Shown here in pieces: positions 9,673 to 18,230 of a stretch of DNA of 64,000 nt. Both the position numbers and the translations under genes were made by a program. This DNA comes from Sutterella sp. (lineage in GTDB: Bacteria > Pseudomonadota > Gammaproteobacteria > Burkholderiales > Burkholderiaceae_F). The stretch lies in contig JAXEEN010000021.1 of the NCBI GenBank assembly GCA_034104065.1, forward strand, positions 383 to 64,382. The letters run 5' to 3'. A model generated the notes under the pieces. That model was not told the origin of the DNA. It made no database searches and saw nothing but the letters and a program-made list of their open reading frames with translations. Positions within the stretch are counted from its first letter, which is position 1; each line of letters begins with the position of its first letter.

Positions 9673-11136
9673 ATGACTCATTCTCTTTCGTCGCTTGAGC
9701 GGCTTGCCGCCGCTCAGGCGCTTTTTTATTCCGATACGGGACTTGATGACGACTATCTGCTGAGGCTCGTCGGAAGAATGTCGGCTGCCGGCACAGACTG
9801 GGCCGACATATATCTTCAGCAGACGGTCTCCCGCTCCTGGATTCTCGACGAGGGCGCAGTCAAAACCGGCAGCTACAGCATCGATCGCGGAGCCGGACTG
9901 CGGACGGTGTGCGGGGAGACCTCCGCGCTTGCCTATACCGACGTCCTGACGCCGGCTTCGCTCAGGGAAGCCGCCCTCACCGCTGCCGGCGGCTTCCAAG
10001 GGAATCGGAAGATTCCTCTCCTTGGTCCGCGGACCTACACGCCTGTCTGCGGAACAGAGAACGCCGCGTCCAACGAATATACGCCGCAGGCGCTGGATCT
10101 GATCCGACGCACTGACGCCATGGCCAGAAGCGCCGACAGCCGCGTCACGGACGTCGTGGTCACGCTTCAGTGCGAAAAGGATGCCTTTCTCGTCGCCCGC
10201 CTCGACGGCTGCGTCACCGGTGACGTCAGACCGATGGTCTATCTCTCGATCAGCCTCATCGTGACGGAAAACGGGCGCCGCGAGCGTGCCAGCGCCGGAG
10301 GCGGCAGCCGCTCCGGACTCGGATACTTCACCGACGAACTGGTCTCCCGCTGGGTCCGAAGCGCCGTTGACGAAGCAATTCACAACCTCAGGGCCAAACC
10401 TGCTCCCGCCGGCATCATGCCGGTCGTCCTCGGTCCCGGCTGGCCGGGCATTCTGCTTCATGAAGCCGTCGGCCACGGTCTGGAGGGAGACTTCATCCGA
10501 AAGGGAACATCGGCCTTTACCGACCTGTTGGGAAAACGCGTTGCCTCTCCCGGCGTTACCGTCATTGACGACGGCACGCTGTCGGGCAAACGGGGCTCCG
10601 TTTCGATTGACGACGAGGGAACGCCTTCCTCCCGCACGGTCTTGATTGAAGACGGCATTCTCACCGGCTTCATGCACGACCTGACCAGCGCCCGCATACT
10701 CGGCGCTTTGCCGACCGGCAACGGAAGACGCGAGAGCTTCGCCACGCTTCCGCTTCCGCGCATGACAAACACGTTCATGCAGGCGGGAAGCGTCTCCCCG
10801 GACGACATCATCCGTTCAGTGAAAAAAGGCATCTACGCCTCCAACTTCAGCGGCGGGCAGGTCGACATTACCAGCGGCAAGTTTGTTTTTGCCATGAGCC
10901 GGGCATGGCTCATCGAAAACGGCAGACTCACATACCCGGTCAAAGGAGCCATGCTGTCCGGCTCCGGTCCCGAAGCGCTGAAACATATTCCCCTGATCGG
11001 CAACGATCCGGCGCTGGACGAGGGCACGGGGCAATGCGGCAAAGACGGTCAGCAGATTCCGGTCGGCGTCGGCATGCCCACGGTCCGCATCGACGCACTG
11101 ACCGTCGGAGGGACCGAGCTTTCAGGCGGGGTCTGA
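9673..11136 (+). CDS. tldD: metalloprotease TldD
   Basis: LLHEAVGHGLEGD, TGNGRRES, PRMTNT, GGQVD, CGKDGQ..PVGVGMPT. Confidence 0.95.
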   Translation: MTHSLSSLERLAAAQALFYSDTGLDDDYLLRLVGRMSAAGTDWADIYLQQTVSRSWILDEGAVKTGSYSIDRGAGLRTVCGETSALAYTDVLTPASLREAALTAAGGFQGNRKIPLLGPRTYTPVCGTENAASNEYTPQALDLIRRTDAMARSADSRVTDVVVTLQCEKDAFLVARLDGCVTGDVRPMVYLSISLIVTENGRRERASAGGGSRSGLGYFTDELVSRWVRSAVDEAIHNLRAKPAPAGIMPVVLGPGWPGILLHEAVGHGLEGDFIRKGTSAFTDLLGKRVASPGVTVIDDGTLSGKRGSVSIDDEGTPSSRTVLIEDGILTGFMHDLTSARILGALPTGNGRRESFATLPLPRMTNTFMQAGSVSPDDIIRSVKKGIYASNFSGGQVDITSGKFVFAMSRAWLIENGRLTYPVKGAMLSGSGPEALKHIPLIGNDPALDEGTGQCGKDGQQIPVGVGMPTVRIDALTVGGTELSGGV

Positions 11137-11195
11137 GTGCCGTAGGCCTCAGACTATAATTGATTGAATTAAAGTTCTACGAACAGGAATTTACC

Positions 11196-11810
11196 GTGTT
11201 CAAATCATTCAAGCTGATGACGCCCATCGTGTGGCTCACGAGACTTCTGGTCGGAGCCTACCCTCATTGGCAGGGCTGCGCACCGTCGTCCAAACAGCGC
11301 ATTTACTTCGCCAATCACACCAGTCATCTCGACACCATCGTGATTTGGGCTTCGCTCCCGCCGCAGCTCCGTCCCTTCGTTCGTCCCGTTGCCGCCAAGG
11401 ACTACTGGGAAAAGGGTCTGCTGAGACGCCGCATTGCGCTTGAAGAACTTAATGTCGTGCTCGTCGACAGACGGCGCACCGAGCACGCCAATCCGATCGA
11501 CCCCTTGAGAAAAGCGCTTCAGGAAGGCTCTTCTCTCATCATCTTCCCGGAAGGCACCCGCCGTCCGCAGCCGCTCCCGAGCGAATTCAAATCCGGCATC
11601 TGGCGTCTGATGCGCGAATTTCCGCAGGTTGAGCTGATTCCCGTTTACATCGAGAACCTGCATCGCGCCATGCCCAAGGGCGTCCTGCTCCCCGTGCCGA
11701 CCGTCTGTTCGATTCGTTTCGGCGCACCTCTCGAACACACGCCCGAAGATCTTAAGGAAGACTTCCTCGAACGCGCCCGCAACGCTGTCATTAAGCTCGC
11801 ACAACCATGA
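11196..11810 (+). CDS. lysophospholipid acyltransferase (PlsC family)
   Basis: NHTSHLD (HX4D) and IFPEGTR motifs; probable GTG start at 11196; TATAAT at 11155-11160. Confidence 0.88.
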   Translation: MFKSFKLMTPIVWLTRLLVGAYPHWQGCAPSSKQRIYFANHTSHLDTIVIWASLPPQLRPFVRPVAAKDYWEKGLLRRRIALEELNVVLVDRRRTEHANPIDPLRKALQEGSSLIIFPEGTRRPQPLPSEFKSGIWRLMREFPQVELIPVYIENLHRAMPKGVLLPVPTVCSIRFGAPLEHTPEDLKEDFLERARNAVIKLAQP

Positions 11811-12778
11811 GACTCGGATTCACCATTCAGGAGGCCTACCTTATCCTGCTCGCAGGCCTCTCGCTGCTCGCTCTTATCGGCACGGTATATGCCGGACTCG
11901 CCCTGAGCCGCAACACCACCCCTGAAAAGCAGGCCCGGCTGATGGCGGTCAACGCCAGGGTTCGCATGGCCTGGTGGCTGATCGCCGTTTTCACGATGGC
12001 CTTCGCGCTCGGACAGACGACGCTTCTCATCTTTTTTGCTCTCATCAGCTTCTTTCTTCTGCGCGAATTCATTGCGATTACACCCACGAAGCCGACTGAC
12101 CACTACGCGCTTGTGGTGGCCTTCTATATCGCGATTCCCGTACAGTATCTGCTGATCGGACTCGATCTGATGAGCTTCATGACGCTCTTCATTCCGACCT
12201 ATCTGTTTCTTGCGCTGCCCATCATCATGGCGCTCAGCAAGGATTCCGAGCGCTACCTTGAGCGAGTTGCCAAAGTTCAGTGGGGCATCATGCTCTGCGT
12301 CTTCTGCGTGAGTCATGCCCCCGCCATCGCGACGCTGGACCTGACCCGCTACAACTCGTCCGGTCCGCTGATGCTGCTCTTCTACCTGCTCGTGGTCTTT
12401 GTGAGCGACCTCACCGCAAGCATTGCCAGCTCGTTCTGCGGCGGCCGTCCCATGCCCTACAACGTCAACCGCACCGTGCTCGGCACGCTGATCGGCTGTT
12501 TCGGCGGCGTGCTCGCCGGCGCGGCCATGTTCTGGATCACTCCGTTCCGCGCCTGGCAGGCGCCGCTGATGGCCATCGCCATTGTGATTTCCGGCGTGAT
12601 GGGCGATCTCGTCATCAATGCCGTTCGCCGCAGCATGGGAGCGGAGCGCCTTGCCGGCGAAAGCGACATCTACATGACCCGAGGCACCCTCGCGCGTCTC
12701 GCACCGCTCACCTTCTCCGCACCGGTGTTCTATCACCTCACGATTACGTTCTTCATCCTCTACAAGGATGCTTTCTGA
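11807..12778 (+). CDS. phosphatidate cytidylyltransferase-like (CdsA/YnbB) membrane protein with degenerate signature
   Basis: [40 protein letters not shown] resemble YnbB; ATGA overlap with the acyltransferase gene. Confidence 0.8.
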   Translation: MRLGFTIQEAYLILLAGLSLLALIGTVYAGLALSRNTTPEKQARLMAVNARVRMAWWLIAVFTMAFALGQTTLLIFFALISFFLLREFIAITPTKPTDHYALVVAFYIAIPVQYLLIGLDLMSFMTLFIPTYLFLALPIIMALSKDSERYLERVAKVQWGIMLCVFCVSHAPAIATLDLTRYNSSGPLMLLFYLLVVFVSDLTASIASSFCGGRPMPYNVNRTVLGTLIGCFGGVLAGAAMFWITPFRAWQAPLMAIAIVISGVMGDLVINAVRRSMGAERLAGESDIYMTRGTLARLAPLTFSAPVFYHLTITFFILYKDAF

Positions 12779-12789
12779 CCGCTCACAGC

Positions 12790-12825
12790 AAAAACCCCTC
12801 GGCTCTGAAGTCGAGGGGTTTTTTT
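12790..12825. terminator. bidirectional intrinsic terminator
   Basis: AAAAACCCCTCG..CGAGGGGTTTTTTT between convergent genes. Confidence 0.85.
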
Positions 12826-12852
12826 ATATCCGTTGCGTCGGCGGGCCGAACA

Positions 12853-13113
12853 TTAGCGGCGGCGCTGCGGAGCCGCGCCCATCGGAGGACGGCCTTCAAT
12901 GTGACGGAAGGTGATGCGGCCCTTGGTCAGATCGTACGGCGAAAGCTCGAGAGAAACCTTGTCGCCCGCAAGAATGCGGATGTGATGCTTGCGCATCTTG
13001 CCGTTGGTGTAGGCCACAAGTTCGTGACCGTTGTCGAGTTTAACGCGGTAGCGAGCATCGGGGAGCACTTCAAGCACCTGACCCGACATCTCAATGAGAT
13101 CTTCCTTTGCCAT
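12853..13113 (-). CDS. infA: translation initiation factor IF-1
   Basis: [18 protein letters not shown]...[32 protein letters not shown]; true start 13113. Confidence 0.96.
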   Translation of the reverse strand: MAKEDLIEMSGQVLEVLPDARYRVKLDNGHELVAYTNGKMRKHHIRILAGDKVSLELSPYDLTKGRITFRHIEGRPPMGAAPQRRR

Positions 13114-13448
13114 AGTCTTCCGAAAAAGAAAGCCGCATCCCGCCGTAGAAAACTGGATCCGCGCAGTCGTGCGGATGAAGCCGGAGGCAGCTCTGAATGA
13201 ATAAAAATATAAGACGGCGCCTGCCGCCTTAACAATTGCGAGATTGTAGCACCGATTTTCACTGCGAAATCCGATTTTTACGAGCAAAATCGTCCCTTCG
13301 GACCAGTTGTTAAGGATTGCACAACCGAGACTCGGCTAGAATTACCTTACTGTGCGGCGGCGCAACCGGAGGTTCGCCCGCATCAACCCCTTTTCCGTCC
13401 TATTTTTCCGGTTCGCGGTGCTTCGCGAACCGTTCTGGAGAAAACAAT

Positions 13449-13988
13449 ATGAAGAAGGTGCTTGTCGTTTACGATAGCCGCTCCGGCCATACGGCCCGCA
13501 TTGCCCGCCGCATTTGGGAAACCGTCATCGCCGAAGGCAATCAGGCCGACATGATGCATGTGCTTGAAGCCGACCGCGAAGGTGTCGACTGGGGACAGTA
13601 CGACCTCGTCATTGCCGGTGCCCCGGTTCTCTACGGTAAGTTCCGTCACGACTTTCTGTCGTTCGTGAACAAATGGAAATCCGTGCTTGACGCCAAGCCC
13701 AACAGCTTCTTCTGCGTGACCGTCATCGCCCGCAATCCGGCAAAGGCCACTCCTGAAGGCAATGTCTACTGCCGCAAGTTCCTCGAACGCAATCCCTGGC
13801 ACCCGAAGGACGTCAAGTGCTTCGCCGGCAAGGTCGACTATCCGAACTGGAGCTGGATCGATGCCAAGCTCATTCAGATGATCATGAAGATGACAAAGGG
13901 ACCGACGGAAATGACCGCCGTGATCGACTACACGGACTGGGATGCCGTTGAAGAATATGCCCGCCACTGTCTGACGCTGGAAGCCTGA
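13449..13988 (+). CDS. hemG: menaquinone-dependent protoporphyrinogen IX dehydrogenase (flavodoxin-like HemG)
   Basis: YDSRSGHTARIA, GAPVLYG, FFCVTVIAR.P.K.TPE.N.Y.RKFL, FAGKVDYP, IQMIMKMTKGPT, DYTDW; GGAG SD. Confidence 0.85.
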   Translation: MKKVLVVYDSRSGHTARIARRIWETVIAEGNQADMMHVLEADREGVDWGQYDLVIAGAPVLYGKFRHDFLSFVNKWKSVLDAKPNSFFCVTVIARNPAKATPEGNVYCRKFLERNPWHPKDVKCFAGKVDYPNWSWIDAKLIQMIMKMTKGPTEMTAVIDYTDWDAVEEYARHCLTLEA

Positions 13989-14008
13989 TTCCCAGACTTT
14001 TTCACACG

Positions 14009-14042
14009 CAAAGCCCTCCTGACGGAGGGCTTTGTGTTTTTT
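14009..14042 (+). terminator. intrinsic terminator after hemG
   Basis: CAAAGCCCTCC-TGAC-GGAGGGCTTTG followed by T tract. Confidence 0.85.
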
Positions 14043-14205
14043 GAGAATCCGCCCGACGACTCCGCCCTAAAGCAAAGTCGTGTTTTCTGCCTCGTTTTTT
14101 CAGGGTTCGGGCGGCTAAACTTATAAGTTATGTTCGGCGGCACAATGCCGTCCAGTTTTCATCCGCCGGTACTGATGCCGGCAGGAAGACCCTACGTTTT
14201 GCACC

Positions 14206-15891
14206 ATGACTGAGAACTTCCCCTGGTTTGCCTCCTATCCCTCCGACGTTCCCCATGAAATCAATCCCGACTGCTTCGACAGCATTCCCGCCGTCCTTGA
14301 TTCCGTGGCGAACGAGTTCCCCGACCGGGTTGCCTATTCCAACATGGGCGTCGGTCTGACGTACCGCCGCACGGTTGAACTTTCCAAGGATTTTGCTGCG
14401 TATCTTCAGGGACTCGAAGGGCTCAAGCCCGGCGACCGAGTGGCAATTATGATGCCCAATCTGCTGCAGTACGTCGTGGCGGTCTTCGCCTGTCTGCGCG
14501 CCGGTTTTATCGTCGTCAACATCAATCCACTCTATACGTCGCGTGAAGTCCGTTCGACGCTGACCGACTCCGGCGCCAAAGCCATCGTCATCATCGAAAA
14601 CTTTGCCAAGACCCTTCAGAACGCCGTCGGCGGCACGGAATGCCGCCACATCGTCGTCACCGGCGTCGGCGATCTCTTCCCGTTCGTCAAGCGCACCCTT
14701 GTCAACTTCGTCGTACGCAAGGTCAAGAAAATGGTACCGGCCTATTCGCTTCCCGGCGCCATCAGCTTCAACGACGCTCTCGCCCGCGGACGCGCCCGCG
14801 GCATGACCCCGCACGCCATCCGCAATACGGACACCGCCTTCCTTCAGTACACCGGCGGCACAACCGGCGTTTCCAAGGGCGCCATCCTTACTCACCGCAA
14901 TCTGATTGCCAACATGCAGCAGGTCGGCGGCTGGATTTCAAGCACCTTCAAACGCGGAGAGGAAGTCGCCATGACCGCTCTTCCGCTCTACCACATCTTC
15001 TCGCTTACCGCGACGATGGTCTTCACCTCCTTCGGCGCCACGATGGTCCTCATCACGAATCCGCGCGACATCGAAGGCCTGGCCAAGGAATGCATCAAGT
15101 GGGACTTCTCGATCATCATCGGGGTCAACACGCTTTTTGCCGCCATGCTCAACAACAAGACGTTCTGCTCGCATAAATTCACCCGTCTCAAGATGACTGC
15201 GGGCGGCGGTTCCCAGGTTCAGCGGACAGTGGCTGAAAAATGGAAGGCTCAGACCGGCAGCAACATTCTCGAAGCCTACGGCCTGACCGAGTGTTCGCCC
15301 GGCGTCTGCGGCAACATCCCCAACGCGCCCTGGGACGGATCGGTCGGCGTGCCGATTCCCTCGACGGAAGTCACCATCCGCGGCGAAGGTTTCCGCGATC
15401 TCGGCGTCTGCCCCGACGGTGCGCAGATTGAAGACTACACCGGTGAAATCTGCGTTCGCGGTCCTCAGGTCATGTCCGGCTACTGGAAGAAGCCTGAAGA
15501 AACGGCCGCCATTCTTCGCGACGGCTGGCTTCGCACAGGCGACGTCGGTCACATGGACGCCCGGGGGGTGATCACGATCACCGACCGCAAAAAGGACATG
15601 ATTCTCGTCTCCGGCTTCAACGTTTATCCGAACGAAGTTGAAAACGTCATCGCTTCGATGCCGGGCGTGCTTGAAGTCGGCGTCGTCGGCGTCCCCAGCG
15701 CCAAGTCCGGCGAAACCGTCAAGGCTGTCATCGTCAAGAAGGATCCGACGCTGACGGCGGACGACGTGAAGAAGTACTGCCGCACCCAGCTGACGGGCTA
15801 CAAGATGCCCCGCGAGATCATTTTCGTCGATGCTCTTCCGAAGACCGCCGTAGGCAAGATCCTCCGCCGGGAACTGAAGGACATCAAGTAA
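14206..15891 (+). CDS. fadD: long-chain fatty acid--CoA ligase
   Basis: LQYTGGTTGVSKGA, EAYGLTECSP, GWLRTGD, DRKKDMILVSGFNVYPNE, LPKTAVGKILRR. Confidence 0.92.
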   Translation: MTENFPWFASYPSDVPHEINPDCFDSIPAVLDSVANEFPDRVAYSNMGVGLTYRRTVELSKDFAAYLQGLEGLKPGDRVAIMMPNLLQYVVAVFACLRAGFIVVNINPLYTSREVRSTLTDSGAKAIVIIENFAKTLQNAVGGTECRHIVVTGVGDLFPFVKRTLVNFVVRKVKKMVPAYSLPGAISFNDALARGRARGMTPHAIRNTDTAFLQYTGGTTGVSKGAILTHRNLIANMQQVGGWISSTFKRGEEVAMTALPLYHIFSLTATMVFTSFGATMVLITNPRDIEGLAKECIKWDFSIIIGVNTLFAAMLNNKTFCSHKFTRLKMTAGGGSQVQRTVAEKWKAQTGSNILEAYGLTECSPGVCGNIPNAPWDGSVGVPIPSTEVTIRGEGFRDLGVCPDGAQIEDYTGEICVRGPQVMSGYWKKPEETAAILRDGWLRTGDVGHMDARGVITITDRKKDMILVSGFNVYPNEVENVIASMPGVLEVGVVGVPSAKSGETVKAVIVKKDPTLTADDVKKYCRTQLTGYKMPREIIFVDALPKTAVGKILRRELKDIK

Positions 15892-15910
15892 GCCTCGATG
15901 CCTCACGGAC

Positions 15911-15942
15911 GACAAAGGCCGCCTTCGGGCGGCCTTTGTCTT
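15911..15942. terminator. hairpin terminator between convergent fadD and GntR gene
   Basis: GACAAAGGCCGCC-TTCG-GGCGGCCTTTGTC, perfect 13-bp stem. Confidence 0.75.
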
Positions 15943-15951
15943 CTCGAAGAC

Positions 15952-16710
15952 TTACATCGTCATGTGGAAATCTTCGCTCGTACAGTAGCTGAGCCGGTAC
16001 TCCACCGGCACGCCTCCGTACGTATAGCCGATGCGGGTCAGCTCCAGATAGGGCGCACCGACTCTGAAGTTGCCGAGTGAAGCCAGCTTCTCCGAAAAAC
16101 ACTTGGCTTTGACGGTATCTCTGGCATCGACAATCGCCACGCCCAGCTCCGTTTCATAGTAGGAATAGAGACTGCCGGTATGGTGCGAGAGATTCTCCCG
16201 GGTCATCTTCTCAAAGCGTCTCCAGTCGAGCCACAGCTCGGAAATGCCCACGTCCCGTCCTTCCCAGGAAAAGACACGCAGCGCATGAATCAGCTTCTGA
16301 TCGTAGGCCAGATTCAAAATGCGGGCCGGCGCCTCTGCGGAAGTCACCGGAACGAGCTCGTAGCTCACGAGCCTCATGTCGAAAGGCACGATGTCGTTCG
16401 TCTTGTCGAAAAAGAACCGGTGATACTGATTGGTATAACCGCTCGCCTTGTAGCTCTGAACGAAAGTGCCCCGCCCCTGAATTCGATACAGGATGCCGTC
16501 TTCGACCAACGACTCCACGGCCCTTCGAACGGTTCCGGGGGAAATGGAGAGCTGAATGCTCAGATCCTTTTCACTCGGCAGCATGTCGCCAGCGGACCAG
16601 ACGCCCTTGCCCAGCTGTTCGATGAGATACCGTCTCGCCTGTTCCCAAAGAGGAAGTCTGGTAAAACTTCGTCCGCTTTGATAAAGCAGCCCCAGGGGGT
16701 CGTCAAACAT
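15952..16710 (-). CDS. GntR family (HutC/UTRA) transcriptional regulator
   Basis: LPSEKDL...SPGTVRRAV..LV.DGILYRIQGRGTFV winged HTH followed by a UTRA domain. Confidence 0.92.
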   Translation of the reverse strand: MFDDPLGLLYQSGRSFTRLPLWEQARRYLIEQLGKGVWSAGDMLPSEKDLSIQLSISPGTVRRAVESLVEDGILYRIQGRGTFVQSYKASGYTNQYHRFFFDKTNDIVPFDMRLVSYELVPVTSAEAPARILNLAYDQKLIHALRVFSWEGRDVGISELWLDWRRFEKMTRENLSHHTGSLYSYYETELGVAIVDARDTVKAKCFSEKLASLGNFRVGAPYLELTRIGYTYGGVPVEYRLSYCTSEDFHMTM

Positions 16711-16717
16711 ATATAGA

Positions 16718-16942
16718 TCAGCCTTCCGGGTCGGCCTTCAGCACGATGACTTCACCGCCCGTTTCAACAGTTTCGCCGCCCCGCAGTTTGCGGGTCTTCC
16801 TCAATTCAACGTCGCCGTCTACGCGAACAAGACCGTCTGCAATCATCGCCTTGGCCTGAGCGCCGGACTCCGCGATGCCGACTGCCTTAAGCAGAGCATC
16901 GAGGGTAATCAGTTCGCCCCTGATCTGAAAATCACGCTTCAT
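16718..16942 (-). CDS. S4-domain RNA-binding protein (YbcJ/YaaA family)
   Basis: ITLDALLKAVGIAESGAQAKAMIADGLVRVDG.VELRKTRKLR; 74 aa. Confidence 0.9.
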   Translation of the reverse strand: MKRDFQIRGELITLDALLKAVGIAESGAQAKAMIADGLVRVDGDVELRKTRKLRGGETVETGGEVIVLKADPEG

Positions 16943-17073
16943 ATTGAAAAAGTTCTAACCTAGGTCAAACCCTAATCCCTCGAATTCGTCCGGGGAGTGC
17001 CAAAATTTGAGGCTTCCGTTTTAAACGGCCGAATTCTTCGGATATCGTTTTTTCATTGTACGGCAGGTTGCCA

Positions 17074-17436
17074 ATGCTTTCAGCCATCACGTTAATTCTG
17101 GTCTTTCAGGTCGCCGGTGAAATCATCAGCCGCTCGACGGGAATCCCCGTGCCCGGTCCCGTGCTCGGCATGGTTCTCATGCTGTTCGCCTTCTTTTTCA
17201 AGGACAATCTGGTGGACCGCATCCGACCGACCGCAGGCGTCCTGCTTGCCAATCTTTCTCTGCTGTTCGTTCCTGCCGGCGTAGGACTGATGCGTCACGG
17301 AGAACGCTTTATGAACGAGGGCATCGGCATTGCGGCCGTGATCGTGCTCTCTACCGTTATCGGTATGGTCGTCACTGCCTACACCATCATCGCGGTTGAA
17401 AAGATCATGCATATTCGGGAGGACGAAGAATGCTGA
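17074..17436 (+). CDS. CidA/LrgA family membrane protein
   Basis: PVPGPVLGMVL, LSLLFVPAGVGLM. Confidence 0.9.
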   Translation: MLSAITLILVFQVAGEIISRSTGIPVPGPVLGMVLMLFAFFFKDNLVDRIRPTAGVLLANLSLLFVPAGVGLMRHGERFMNEGIGIAAVIVLSTVIGMVVTAYTIIAVEKIMHIREDEEC

Positions 17437-18164
17437 ATCTCATCGGCTCCGTTTACTCGCATCTCGAGAACAACCCCGCGCTTTGGCTGGCGCTCACCCT
17501 CATCTTTTACGCGGCCGGCCAGCACGTTTTTCGCCTTTCAAAAGGCAATCCGCTTCTGAGTCCCATCATCATCGCCGTTGTCTGTCTGATTGCCACGCTT
17601 CTGGTATTCGGCATTCCCTACGAACGCTACTTTGAAGGCGCGAGCCTGATTCATTTCCTACTCGGACCTGCGACGGTTGCGTTGGCGGTGCCGCTTTTTG
17701 AGCAGCGATCCAAGCTGGCTCAACTTTGGCTTCCGTTGACCGTCGGACTGCTGGCGGGCTGTATTTCAGCCATCATTTCCGTCGTCGTGCTCGGCTGGGT
17801 TTTCGGGCTGAGTTCAGAAACGCTGATTTCCATGATTCCCAAATCAGTCACGACACCGATCGCCATGGGGGTGTCTGAAGCCATGGGAGGCATGCCCGAC
17901 CTGACTGCCTGCTTTGTCGTCATCACCGGCATCCTCGGCTCCATCATCGGCCGTCCGCTCTTCAATCTGCTGCGCATCCATTCCGACCCGGTTCGGGGCG
18001 TCTCCCTCGGTCTGAACGCACACGGCATGGGAACCAGCGCCGCATTCCTGATTTCAAACCGTGCCGGCGCCTTCTCCGGGCTTGCCATGGGGCTTGCCGG
18101 CATTCTGACGGCCTTTCTGGCGCCGATGCTCGGCGGTCCTCTGATGCGGCTGTTCGGACTCTGA
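17430..18164 (+). CDS. CidB/LrgB family membrane protein
   Basis: LLGPATVALAVPLF, PKSVTTPIAM, AHGMGT; overlaps the cidA-like gene. Confidence 0.92.
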   Translation: MLNLIGSVYSHLENNPALWLALTLIFYAAGQHVFRLSKGNPLLSPIIIAVVCLIATLLVFGIPYERYFEGASLIHFLLGPATVALAVPLFEQRSKLAQLWLPLTVGLLAGCISAIISVVVLGWVFGLSSETLISMIPKSVTTPIAMGVSEAMGGMPDLTACFVVITGILGSIIGRPLFNLLRIHSDPVRGVSLGLNAHGMGTSAAFLISNRAGAFSGLAMGLAGILTAFLAPMLGGPLMRLFGL

Positions 18165-18173
18165 CGCATCCGC

Positions 18174-18212
18174 AAAAAAATCCCGCGCACCTGTCGGCAC
18201 GCGGGATTTTTT
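18174..18212. terminator. bidirectional intrinsic terminator
   Basis: AAAAAAATCCCGCG..CGCGGGATTTTTT. Confidence 0.85.
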
Positions 18213-18230
18213 GTCATCGGACGGAGAGCG

